Source: an uncultured Gemmatimonadaceae bacterium (GTDB lineage Bacteria; Gemmatimonadota; Gemmatimonadetes; Gemmatimonadales; Gemmatimonadaceae). Taken from it: 64,000 nt of DNA. The stretch lies in NCBI GenBank assembly GCA_963822945.1, contig CAWGJO010000020.1:576001-640000 (forward strand). Direction: 5' to 3'. Below are positions 31,718-41,081 of the stretch, piece after piece. Within the stretch, counting starts at the first letter, position 1; every line of letters begins with the position of its first letter. Both the position numbers and the translations under genes were made by a program. The notes under the pieces were generated by a model, which worked only from the letters and a program-made list of their open reading frames with translations, was not told the origin of the DNA and did not search any database.

Positions 31718-32799
31718 GGCTCTCGATGCGCGGCCACGAGCGCCACCGCGCGTGGCCGCAACCGCACGCCCACGGCGTCGCCCTCGGCATAACGCCCGTG
31801 GTCACACATCACCTCGAGCGGTTCCGTGGTGCCGGCGATCTCGCCCACCCGGTATACGTAGTGATCGCCCGCGAACCGCCGCGTCTGCACGGCGCCCCGC
31901 CAGGCATCGGGTTCGGACGGGTCCACGACCACCAGCGACTCCGGACGCAGCACCGCCCAGAGTTGGCCCGTGCCGTGCCGGGATCCCAATGGCGCACGCT
32001 GGCTCACCTCACCCAGCGTGACGACCGCCGTGTCTCCGTCGGCGGCGGCGGCGGCAAACCCGGCTCGCCCCACGAACTTCGCCACCACGTACGACGCCGG
32101 CGCCTGGTACAGCTCTTCGGGACTGCCCACCTGCTCCAGGCGGCCGGCGCAGAGCATCGCCACCCGGTCCGCCACGGCGAACGCATCCTCCTGATCGTGC
32201 GTCACGAACATGACCGTGATGTGCAGCCGGTGCAGCATCTCGCGTAGTTCGTCGCGGGTGGTCTGGCGCAGCGTGGGATCGAGATTCGACAGCGGCTCGT
32301 CGAGCAGCAGCACGTTGGGTTCGATCACCAGAGCCCGCGCCAGGGCGACGCGCTGCTGCTCCCCGCCCGACAGCGCCTGCACGGCGCGCGGGCCGTAGCC
32401 GTCGAGACCCACGCTGCGGAGCGCGGCGGCGGCGTGCGCCATCCGTTCCGCCTTCGGTACCCGGCGTGCCTCGAGTCCGAAGGCGACGTTCTCCTGCACC
32501 GTCATGTGCGGGAAGAGCGCGTAGTGCTGGAACACCATCCCGAAGCCGCGCCTCTGCGGCGGCTCCCGCGTGATGTCGCGTTCGACGCCGGCGGCGCTCA
32601 CGAGCGCGATGCGGCCCCCGTCGGGCGGTTCGTAGCCCGCGATCATGCGGAGCGTGGTGGTCTTCCCCGATCCCGACGCGCCGATGAGGGCCATCAGCTC
32701 CCCCGGCCGCACGTCGAGCGAGAGTTCCTCGACGCCGCGTCCGGATCCTTCGTAGCGGCGCGACACCCCGGCGAGGCGAAGCCCGCTCGGGTCGCTCAC
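31714..32799 (-). CDS. FbpC/PotA-class ABC ATP-binding protein
   Basis: GASGSGKT, FQHYALFPH, LSGGEQQR, LLDEPLSNLD, TOBE-like C-terminus. Confidence 0.94.
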   Translation of the reverse strand: MSDPSGLRLAGVSRRYEGSGRGVEELSLDVRPGELMALIGASGSGKTTTLRMIAGYEPPDGGRIALVSAAGVERDITREPPQRRGFGMVFQHYALFPHMTVQENVAFGLEARRVPKAERMAHAAAALRSVGLDGYGPRAVQALSGGEQQRVALARALVIEPNVLLLDEPLSNLDPTLRQTTRDELREMLHRLHITVMFVTHDQEDAFAVADRVAMLCAGRLEQVGSPEELYQAPASYVVAKFVGRAGFAAAAADGDTAVVTLGEVSQRAPLGSRHGTGQLWAVLRPESLVVVDPSEPDAWRGAVQTRRFAGDHYVYRVGEIAGTTEPLEVMCDHGRYAEGDAVGVRLRPRAVALVAAHREP

Positions 32800-33845
32800 T
32801 TGCCGCGCTCGCTGTTCCGGATGTTGGCGTCCCAGTACTTCATCCAGGTGTCGGTGCTGTCCACCAGCATCTGCCGGTCGATCTGCATCGGCTTGATCTT
32901 CGCGCGCGCTTCGCGAATCCAGTCGGGTAGCGAGTCGGCCGGAATGTCCGTGCGCACCGGGATCCGCACGAACCGGCGCGCCGCTTCGAGCAGCGCGGCC
33001 TGCGTGGTCACGAATTCGTAGAACTCACGCGCCAGCTTCGGGTGTTTGGTGCCCTTCACGATCGCGATCGCATCCACCAGCATCGGCGTACCGCTCTTCG
33101 GGATCACGTAGGCAAGCGGGAACTCCGACTTCTGCTTCAGCATCGCGATGTCGGGCATGTCCCAGAGGCTGATGAGCCCTTCCTGTCGCCCCAGCTTCTG
33201 GTAGAGCAGCGTCGGGTTGAGCGCGTACTCGCTCGTCTGCCCGTCCAGCCGCCGCAGCCAGTCCCACCCGGCCTTTTCCGAACCGGTCTGCGCAATGGAG
33301 CGGGCCACGATGGAGCTGAAGATGGCGCGCATCGACCCCGACGCGATCGGATCGCGGATGATGACCTTGCCCTTCCACTTCGGATCGAGCACGTCGTCCC
33401 AATCCTGCGGGGCGTCGGCCGCCGAGACGGCCTGCGAATTGTACGTGATGACTTCCGGCGTGAGATACGTGCCGTACCACAGATCGTGCGGATCGTGCGC
33501 CTCGGCGGGCACGTCGGCGGCCCACGTGGGCTTGTAGGGGGCCAGCAGTCCCTCTCTCGCCGCCCGCGTGAACGTCTCCGAGGGAGCGCCGAACCAGACA
33601 TCGGCCTGCGGATTGGCCTTCTCCGACCGCAGCCGGTCGAGCACGTCCTGGGACCCCATGTCCACCCACTGGACGTCGACGTCGGGGTGCACCGCCTCGA
33701 ATGCCTTCTGATAGAAGGTCAGCAGATCCTTGCCGTGCGGCGAGTACACCACCAGGGGCGTGCGCGAATCGCGCGCGCAGGCGGCGAGCGACACCGCGAG
33801 CGCGGTCGTGGCCAACCGGCGCAACGCAACGAATGAGAAGCGCAT
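32796..33845 (-). CDS. FbpA/AfuA-class extracellular solute-binding lipoprotein
   Basis: Lipobox LAAC, RLRSEKANPQADVWFG, PQDWDDVLDPKWKG, DPIASGS. TGATG coupling to the upstream gene. Confidence 0.9.
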   Translation of the reverse strand: MRFSFVALRRLATTALAVSLAACARDSRTPLVVYSPHGKDLLTFYQKAFEAVHPDVDVQWVDMGSQDVLDRLRSEKANPQADVWFGAPSETFTRAAREGLLAPYKPTWAADVPAEAHDPHDLWYGTYLTPEVITYNSQAVSAADAPQDWDDVLDPKWKGKVIIRDPIASGSMRAIFSSIVARSIAQTGSEKAGWDWLRRLDGQTSEYALNPTLLYQKLGRQEGLISLWDMPDIAMLKQKSEFPLAYVIPKSGTPMLVDAIAIVKGTKHPKLAREFYEFVTTQAALLEAARRFVRIPVRTDIPADSLPDWIREARAKIKPMQIDRQMLVDSTDTWMKYWDANIRNSERGK

Positions 33846-36475
33846 CAGGGTACCGGCCGGCCGGCGCCCGAAGACGCCGCGTTCTGTTTGGCGGAGAGAA
33901 TGTTCACGAACAACCGGGCGGCGCCCGGATTGCCGGCCGGGAGCTGGCGGAAGAAGGTCAGCGTCACGTACTCGAACGTGCCCTTGCCCAGCGGCGCGAT
34001 CAGGATGCCTGCATCGTTCGGCGGCTCGCCGGTGTCGTGCATCGACAGGATCGCGTGGTAGTGATCGTCGAAGGTGTGCGGCATGTACGTCGACCGCTCC
34101 TGCACCCAATCGGCGAAGTCGGCCTGCGTGATCTTGTTCGGTGTGTTGAGAATGGGCGACGACGGGTCGAGAATCGTGACGGCCGCGTCCTCCTCCGTCA
34201 CGCGATTGGCCGGCCGCGAGATGGTGATCGGATAGGGCAGCAGTCCGTCGCGCGCCATTTCATACTGACCATACTGTTCCACCAGCGTGCCGCCGGCGCG
34301 CGCGTACTCGAGCAGCCGGTCGTTGTTGGCGCGCAGCACCTCGCTCGCGTCGAAGGCCCGCGGCCCGACCACCACCGCCGAGTATTTGGACAGATCCGCA
34401 TGCGCCAGCTGCTCCGGCGTGATGGTGGTGACCGAGAGGCCGAGCTCCTCCAGCATCGGCTCCACGTTGTCACCCACGCCCGGGATGTACGCGATGTGCA
34501 TGCCGGGCGCGTAGGCCACGTTCACAGCCTCCACGTTGACCGCCGCCCGGCGGTACTCGCGCCGCGTGCGGATGTGCGGATAGTCCACGGCCACGAAGCC
34601 GGTGGTGAAGGTCTGGCCGTCGCTCGTGGCGGAAGCCGAGATGGTATGGGTGCCGGGTGTCAGCGTCCCGTGCACGTGGAAGTCGAGTTCCACCTCCTCA
34701 CCCGTGTTGAGCGTCACGGTGCGTGTGGCACTGTCGGCCGTGAGACCGGCGGGGAGTGACAACCGCACGGTGACGGTCCGCGACGACGATGCGTCGGCGC
34801 GCACGTGCACCCGTTCCACGCGGTCCAGCGGCGCGTTGGCACGGGCATACTCCACCTGGCGGTCCAGCAACAGGCTCACCGGCGGCACGAAGGCGATCGG
34901 CTTGTCCACCTCGCCCGTGGCCGGATCGGCGTACCGATGGACGATGGGCGAGATATCGGCCAGGAACCGCGTGCCGGCGATCTCGAGACCGACGTGGACG
35001 CCGGAGCTCTGAACCCGGTCGGCGCCCTCGAGCAGCTGCGGCACCGGCGTGCCGCTGGTGTCGCCGGGCGGGCGCAGACGGAACATGTCGTGTTCCAGGG
35101 GATAGCGGAGCCACCAGGCCTGGGTCGGCTCACCGGTGGGCGACAGCGTGTACGTCTGTTCGGTCATCCCGCCCGGCGGGATGGTCTCCGGAGCGGCCGA
35201 GTCGTCGCGGCCGAAGAACGTCACCGGCGCGGGCCCGTGATCGACCACGGTGATCGTCACCGGCGCATGATCACCGAGGGCGATCAGATCGCGCGGCGCG
35301 GTGGCCAGCAGCTGCACGCCCGAGGCGAGAATCAGCGCTCGCCTGGCGCGCCGCGCCTGTTCGTTCATCGTCGTGGCGAAGTCACCCATGGCGCCGGAGC
35401 ACACGGGCACCGGCAGGGCGGGCGTGTCGCAGCGTGCTGCCCCCGTCTGCGCCCGCTGCACGAGCGCCAGGTAGTGGGCGATGGGCGCCACCATATCCGC
35501 CGGATGCACCAGGCTCATGTGGCGGGCGATGTCGGCGCGCACGAGGTCCAGCGAGTCGACCGCGGCGCGCACCGGCGCCGACAGCGGCAGCGCGTGGAAC
35601 CGCGCGAAACTCGTGTCCATGCCCGGGAAGAGCGTCGTCGGGTTGCCGCTGTCGGCGGGCGGCACCGCAACCTCGAGCCGCACGTGGTCCAGACGCGGCC
35701 CGAGCGGCGCTTCGTTGCCCTGCCCCTGTGAACGGTGCTGCGACCGGCTCTCGGCGGCGATCGCCGTGTACGTGCGGCCCTGGAGCACGTCATAGCCGCC
35801 GACGTCGAACGGCACGGCGCCCGGCATCGGACCGCTCGGGCCGCGGAAGCGGCGCGCCGAGCGATAGAACACCTCCGGCTGCCAGGCGCCCATGCCGTTC
35901 GTGACCGCCCGCGGGAAGCGCACGGTGTCGGCCGCTTCGTCGAACGCGATGCGCGACAGAATGCCGGATACCTGATGGTGCCCGTGTCCGTCGCGCGGCG
36001 TGCCCGACCACACCGAGATGATTACCTGCGGCCGGAAGGCGCGAATCACGCTGATCATGTCGCGGAGGATCGAATCGCGCGGCCAGTGCTTGAAGGTCTC
36101 GGCGGCGGTCTTCGAGAATCCGAAGTCGTAGGCGCGCGTGAAGTACTGCCGGCCGCCGTCGATGCGCCGCGCCGCCAGGAGTTCCTCGGTGCGGATCATG
36201 CCGAGCAGCGGGCCCAGCTCATTGCCGATCAGGTTCTGGCCGCCGTCGCCGCGCGTGAGCGAGAGATAGGCCGTCTCGATGTGCCGGCCCTTGGCCAGGT
36301 AGGTGATCAACTGGGTGTCTTCGTCGTCGGGGTGGGCGCCGATCATCAGGACGCGCACCGAGACGCCGAGGCCTTCTACCGCCTCGCCCAGCGCGGCGGC
36401 GCCGCGCCCCTGGGCCGGCAGCATGCTCGGCGCGACGACGAGAGCTGCGACGAGAACGATGAACCGAGTTCGCAC
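33845..36475 (-). CDS. Secreted PIG-L (LmbE) family deacetylase, multidomain
   Basis: Signal peptide, AHPDDED, TRGDGGQN, DFGFSK and HGHH metal motifs. Followed by Ig-like (NEW3-like) regions and a C-terminal GATase-like/ThuA-like domain. Confidence 0.9.
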   Translation of the reverse strand: MRTRFIVLVAALVVAPSMLPAQGRGAAALGEAVEGLGVSVRVLMIGAHPDDEDTQLITYLAKGRHIETAYLSLTRGDGGQNLIGNELGPLLGMIRTEELLAARRIDGGRQYFTRAYDFGFSKTAAETFKHWPRDSILRDMISVIRAFRPQVIISVWSGTPRDGHGHHQVSGILSRIAFDEAADTVRFPRAVTNGMGAWQPEVFYRSARRFRGPSGPMPGAVPFDVGGYDVLQGRTYTAIAAESRSQHRSQGQGNEAPLGPRLDHVRLEVAVPPADSGNPTTLFPGMDTSFARFHALPLSAPVRAAVDSLDLVRADIARHMSLVHPADMVAPIAHYLALVQRAQTGAARCDTPALPVPVCSGAMGDFATTMNEQARRARRALILASGVQLLATAPRDLIALGDHAPVTITVVDHGPAPVTFFGRDDSAAPETIPPGGMTEQTYTLSPTGEPTQAWWLRYPLEHDMFRLRPPGDTSGTPVPQLLEGADRVQSSGVHVGLEIAGTRFLADISPIVHRYADPATGEVDKPIAFVPPVSLLLDRQVEYARANAPLDRVERVHVRADASSSRTVTVRLSLPAGLTADSATRTVTLNTGEEVELDFHVHGTLTPGTHTISASATSDGQTFTTGFVAVDYPHIRTRREYRRAAVNVEAVNVAYAPGMHIAYIPGVGDNVEPMLEELGLSVTTITPEQLAHADLSKYSAVVVGPRAFDASEVLRANNDRLLEYARAGGTLVEQYGQYEMARDGLLPYPITISRPANRVTEEDAAVTILDPSSPILNTPNKITQADFADWVQERSTYMPHTFDDHYHAILSMHDTGEPPNDAGILIAPLGKGTFEYVTLTFFRQLPAGNPGAARLFVNILSAKQNAASSGAGRPVP

Positions 36476-36540
36476 GCGACACTCACCGGGTGATGGGAAC
36501 GTTCACTCGAGCCGCGCGCCATCGGCGGGCGACCCTACGG

Positions 36541-39300
36541 TTAGACCTTCGCTGTCCTGCGGCGGGAGGACCCGGCGGGAGCGAGCGTGAGCGCGTCGCT
36601 CACGATGCGCGCCTGTTCCTCCGCATGTACCGATGGATAACCCTCGGCGGGGCTGGCGCGTTCCGGCCGGCCCACGTACCGCACCGGCAACTGCGTGCCC
36701 GTGGAGGCCCGCAACCGCGGTGAGACGTAGGTCCAGGCGCCCATGTTCCGCGGCTCCTCCTGCGCCCACACGACGTCTTCGATGTTGGGATACGCGTCGA
36801 CGATGCCGGCGATGGCCTCGTGGGGCCAGGGCGACAGTTCTTCCACGCGCACCAGCGCCACGCCAGGCTCGTCGCCCGCCTTGGATCGCGCCGCCAGCAT
36901 GTCGTAGTAGATCTTCCCCGTGCAGAACACGACGCGCCGGATCCGTTCGCGGTGCTCGGCGCCCGCCGGGTCATCGAGCACCGGCTGGAAGCGCCCGGCG
37001 CTCAATTCCTCCAGCGACGACATCGCGGCGGGCAGCCGCAGCAGCGACTTGGGCTGCATGACCACCAGCGGGCGGCGCACGCGGCGCATCGCCTGCCGTC
37101 TGAGGGCATGGAAGTACTGCGCCGGCGTGGACAGATACACCACCGACATGTTCTCCTCGGCCGTGAGCTGCAGGTAGCGCTCCAGCCGGGCGCTCGAGTG
37201 CTCGGGCCCCTGCCCCTCGTAGCCGTGCGGCAGGAGAATCACGAGTCCGGAGTCCTGTCCCCACTTGGAGTGGCTCGAGGAGAGGAACTGATCCACGATC
37301 GGCTGCGCGACGTTGGCGAAATCCCCGTATTGCGCTTCCCACAGCACCAGGTCGCCCACCGTCGCCGTGCTGAATCCGAACTCGAAGCCCATGACGGCGA
37401 GTTCGGACAGCGGGCTGTTGTAGATCTTGAACGGGGCCCGGCCCCGGGTCAGGTGCGCCAGCGGCGTGTAGGTCTCGCCGGTCTTCACGTCGTGCAGCAC
37501 GGCCTGGCGGTGCGAGAAGGTGCCGCGCTCCGCGTCCTGCCCGCTCATCCGCACCCCCATGCCGTCCTCCAGCAGCGAGGCGAACGCCAGCGACTCCCCG
37601 TGCCCCCAGTCGATCCCGCCCGCCTGCAGGCCGTCCCGCCGCCGGGCCAGCGTGCGCTGCAACGTCGGGTGGAGCGTGAACCCGTCGGGCCAGGTGAGCA
37701 TCTCGGTGTTGAGGGCGACCAGCCGCTCGGCGGCCACCTGCGTCTCCGGATGCTCCAAGCGGGGCGGATGCGCATCGGCCGGAGGCCCGCCGTCTTCCGC
37801 CTTCGCCTTCACCTGCTTGAAGACCTCGCCGAGTTCGTCGGCCACGGCCTTCGCCATCGCCTCCACTTCGGCCTCGGTGAGCACGCGCTCACGCACCAGC
37901 CGGGCGCCCCAGACTTCGCGCGCCGTCGGGTGCGTCTTGATGATGTCGTACATCGTCGGCTGCGTGAACGCCGGCTGGTCGGCTTCGTTGTGCCCGTGCC
38001 GCCGGTAGCCCACGAGGTCGATCAGGAAGTCCTTGTGGAACTGGTCGCGGTACATGAGCGCCAGCCGCACCGCCTGAATGCAGGCTTCGATGTCGTCGGC
38101 GTTCACGTGCACGATCGGCACTTCGAACCCCTTGGCCAGATCGCTCGCGTAGTGCGTGGAGCGTGCGTCGATGGGATCGGTGGTGAAACCGACCTGATTG
38201 TTCGTGATGATGTGGAGCGTACCGCCCACGCGATATCCACGCAGCAGCGCCAGATTGAACGTCTCGGCCACCACCCCTTCGCCAGGGAACGCCGCGTCGC
38301 CGTGGATGCAGATGGGGAGCACCAATTGCTCGTTGCGCTCGTACGGATTCGCGGGGTTCCGCTCCAGCGCACGCGCCGCGCCCATCATCACCGGATTCAC
38401 CAATTCCAGGTGGCTGGGATTGGGCACCAGTTCGAGGGCGAGCACCGCATCGTCCACCCGGCGCTCGGACCGATAACCGAGGTGGTATTTGACGTCGCCG
38501 GAGCGGTTGGGATCGGGCGAGACGCGTTCGCCCGCGAATTCGGCGAACAGGTCGCGGGCTGGCTTGTCCATGACGTGCCGCAGCACGTTGAGCCGCCCCC
38601 GGTGCGCCATGCCGAGTACCACCGTGCGCGCGCCGCTGCGCGCCGCGCGGGCGATGGTTTCGTCCACCATCGGCACCAGGGCGTCCACGCCCTCGATGGA
38701 GAACCGCTTGGCGTTGACGAACGCGAGGCCCAGGAACCGCTCGAAGCCCTCCACCTCGGAGAGCCGCCGCAGGAGCCCCTTCTTCTCGTCCGCCGACAGC
38801 GGCGTCATGAAGCTGCCGGTCTCGATCTGATGGCGGATCCACAGCCGCTCATGCTCGTCGCTGACGTGCACGAACTCGTAGGCGAGTCCACCCTGATACC
38901 AGGTGCGCCGCTTGGCGACGACGTCGGCCGCCGTGCCCTCCGTCTCGCGCAACGCCGTCGCCGGCACGTCGCGCAGGTCGGCCTCGGTGATGCCGTGATA
39001 TTCCGGCGTGAGTTCCGCCGCGCCGATGGGGGGTGAGCCGAGCGGATCGATGGGCACCGCGAAATGACCGTAGCGGCGAATCGCCGCCACCAGGGCGCCC
39101 GCTCCCGCGGCTTTGCGCAGCGTTTCGGCGTCGTACCCCCCGGCCGCCGGTGCCGCCGCCGCACCGCCCTTCAGCGACTCCGCAAATCGAAAGAACTGGC
39201 GCCAGGACTCATCCACCGACGCCGGATCACGGCGATACGCGTCGTACTGCTCGGCGATGTAGCCGTCGTTGAATGCACCGGAAATGGGAAGCCCGCTCAT
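36541..39300 (-). CDS. sucA: 2-oxoglutarate dehydrogenase E1 component
   Basis: KRFSIEG, GMAHRGRLN, GDVKYH, NPSHLE, TPP motif HGDAAF..NNQVGFTT, HGYEGQGPEHSSAR. Start is ATG 39300 or 39306. Confidence 0.97.
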   Translation of the reverse strand: MSGLPISGAFNDGYIAEQYDAYRRDPASVDESWRQFFRFAESLKGGAAAAPAAGGYDAETLRKAAGAGALVAAIRRYGHFAVPIDPLGSPPIGAAELTPEYHGITEADLRDVPATALRETEGTAADVVAKRRTWYQGGLAYEFVHVSDEHERLWIRHQIETGSFMTPLSADEKKGLLRRLSEVEGFERFLGLAFVNAKRFSIEGVDALVPMVDETIARAARSGARTVVLGMAHRGRLNVLRHVMDKPARDLFAEFAGERVSPDPNRSGDVKYHLGYRSERRVDDAVLALELVPNPSHLELVNPVMMGAARALERNPANPYERNEQLVLPICIHGDAAFPGEGVVAETFNLALLRGYRVGGTLHIITNNQVGFTTDPIDARSTHYASDLAKGFEVPIVHVNADDIEACIQAVRLALMYRDQFHKDFLIDLVGYRRHGHNEADQPAFTQPTMYDIIKTHPTAREVWGARLVRERVLTEAEVEAMAKAVADELGEVFKQVKAKAEDGGPPADAHPPRLEHPETQVAAERLVALNTEMLTWPDGFTLHPTLQRTLARRRDGLQAGGIDWGHGESLAFASLLEDGMGVRMSGQDAERGTFSHRQAVLHDVKTGETYTPLAHLTRGRAPFKIYNSPLSELAVMGFEFGFSTATVGDLVLWEAQYGDFANVAQPIVDQFLSSSHSKWGQDSGLVILLPHGYEGQGPEHSSARLERYLQLTAEENMSVVYLSTPAQYFHALRRQAMRRVRRPLVVMQPKSLLRLPAAMSSLEELSAGRFQPVLDDPAGAEHRERIRRVVFCTGKIYYDMLAARSKAGDEPGVALVRVEELSPWPHEAIAGIVDAYPNIEDVVWAQEEPRNMGAWTYVSPRLRASTGTQLPVRYVGRPERASPAEGYPSVHAEEQARIVSDALTLAPAGSSRRRTAKV

Positions 39301-39342
39301 GGGCATGAATCTAATCAGCGCCGAGTGTGGACCGTGAGGCGC

Positions 39343-40977
39343 TCAGATCGTCCACGCTGGCGCTTCTCGGGGCAGAACCAGGGTGAATGTGGAGCCGACG
39401 GTCGGCGCAGACTCGACCTCGATGCGTCCCCCGAGCATGCCGGCCAGCCGGCGACTGATGTAGAGCCCGAGCCCCGTGCCGCCGTACCGGCGCGTGAGCC
39501 CCGTCTCCACCTGCGCGAACGGCTGAAAGAGCCGCCGCAGATCCTCCGCCGTGATGCCGATGCCGGTGTCCTGCACGGAGAACCGCACTTCGTCCAGGTC
39601 GCGCGACACCGACAACCGCACCTCGCCGTGGTCCGTGAATTTCACGGCGTTCCCGGCCAGATTCACGAGTACCTGGCGCGCCTTGTCGATGTCGCTCGTC
39701 ATGCGAATGGGCTCCACCGACGACTCACAGATCACGGTCACCTGTTTGCGCCGCGACGCCGGTTCGACCACGGCCGCGGTGGCCACGACCAGATCACCGG
39801 CCAGAAAGTCGGTCGGCCGAACCGTCTCACGGCCGGCTTCGAGGCTCGTGTAGGCGAGCACTTCCTCGATCATCGACGACAGATGCTCCGTCACGGCTCC
39901 CATGCGGGCGATCACGTCGAGTTGGGCGTCCGAGAGCGGACCGATGACCTGATCGCTCAACAGCTCCTGGTACCCGGTGAGCGCGGTGAGCGGCGTGCGG
40001 AGTTCGTGCGAGATCGTGGCCAGGAACCGTCCCTTGGCGACGTCGCCGGCCTGGGCCTGCTCGTACAGCTGCTCCTTCCAGAGCGCGAGCGCCGCATGGT
40101 CGGCGATGACGCTCAGCCGTTGCGCCTCGCGGGCCGTAAACGGGATCGACAGCGCATCGCGCATGACCGCCAGCGTGCCGAGCACCTGGTCGTGCGCGAT
40201 GAGCGGCGCCATGAGCATCGGGCCGATCTGCGCTTCCCCCATCAGATGCGCCCGAGGCCGGCTCGAGTGTCCGAAGTCCTCCACCGCCGCCACTTCGCGC
40301 CGCGCGATGGCCTCCTGCGCCAGCGAGCCGGCCAGTGAGAACTTGAGGCCGTCCACCTTCCGGGCGATGCCCACCGCCGCCACGATCTCGGCTTCGGTGT
40401 CGGTGGTGCGGAGCACCGCCGCGCCGTGCCCGCGGCAGAGGCTGGCGGCCGCGTCGCACAACAGCGCCAACAGCTCCGCGGAGTCGGCGACCTCGGACAT
40501 CTGGCGGGCCAGTGCCCGGAGCGACTCGTTCTCCTCGATCCGTTCCTCGAGCGCCTTGTCCCGCGCGCTGCGCAGCATCGCGAATGCCCGCGACACCGCC
40601 ACCACGAGCCCACCCGCACGGTCGCGCGCCACACGGACGCCGTACGCCCGCAACTCACCGCTCACGTTGTGCTCGAGATCGAACCGCCGCGTCACGCCGT
40701 CGGCGGCCGAACTCCGGATCAGACTCGCGCCCGGTTCGACGAGAAATCCGGGATAGGCCATCCAGAAGTCACGGCCGAGCGCCTCGTGGTGCGGCACGCC
40801 CAGGATGCGCTCCCACGACGCGTTCATGTAGCGTACGCGCCAGTCGGCGTCGAGGACGGCCACGCCGTCGCCCAGGGCGTCCATCACCGCGCGGGCATCC
40901 ACCGCGTCGTCGGCCGGACTCACGCCCAGGTCGGCGGCCCCGGCGGGGGTCTCCAGGAAGTCTCCGGAACTGCTCAC
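39343..40977 (-). CDS. Cytoplasmic PAS-GAF histidine kinase (orphan)
   Basis: PAS (VLDADWRVRYMN), GAF (LMAPLIAHDQVLGTL), SHELRTPL, NLAGNAVKFT, GTGLGL. The start is uncertain (GTG 40977). Confidence 0.92.
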   Translation of the reverse strand: MSSSGDFLETPAGAADLGVSPADDAVDARAVMDALGDGVAVLDADWRVRYMNASWERILGVPHHEALGRDFWMAYPGFLVEPGASLIRSSAADGVTRRFDLEHNVSGELRAYGVRVARDRAGGLVVAVSRAFAMLRSARDKALEERIEENESLRALARQMSEVADSAELLALLCDAAASLCRGHGAAVLRTTDTEAEIVAAVGIARKVDGLKFSLAGSLAQEAIARREVAAVEDFGHSSRPRAHLMGEAQIGPMLMAPLIAHDQVLGTLAVMRDALSIPFTAREAQRLSVIADHAALALWKEQLYEQAQAGDVAKGRFLATISHELRTPLTALTGYQELLSDQVIGPLSDAQLDVIARMGAVTEHLSSMIEEVLAYTSLEAGRETVRPTDFLAGDLVVATAAVVEPASRRKQVTVICESSVEPIRMTSDIDKARQVLVNLAGNAVKFTDHGEVRLSVSRDLDEVRFSVQDTGIGITAEDLRRLFQPFAQVETGLTRRYGGTGLGLYISRRLAGMLGGRIEVESAPTVGSTFTLVLPREAPAWTI

Positions 40978-41081
40978 GGCAGAACACTGCCCAGGGCGGG
41001 ATCGTCCAGTCAAGCGCGCGCCTGAAACCGCGGGCCGCGGCGGGTCGTACGACGTCACGTCCGCCCGCCCCCGGGGAGCCC

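Noticed and set aside
28803..31805. 1000-aa ORF suggesting a large fusion to NDH-2 (similarly 4538-7090, 3645-5582, 15729-17738, 47095-48819, 40512-43499)
   Set aside because: The N-terminal parts are off-frame read-through of the upstream genes. The true starts are internal and overlap upstream stops or follow SD/-10 elements.
36820..39036. Long antisense or alternate-frame ORFs (e.g. 738 aa here; also 782-2338, 7006-9246, 41283-43634, 53078-55510)
   Set aside because: They shadow well-supported genes, have Arg/Ala/Gly/Pro-rich composition without motifs, and are expected in very GC-rich DNA with few stop codons.
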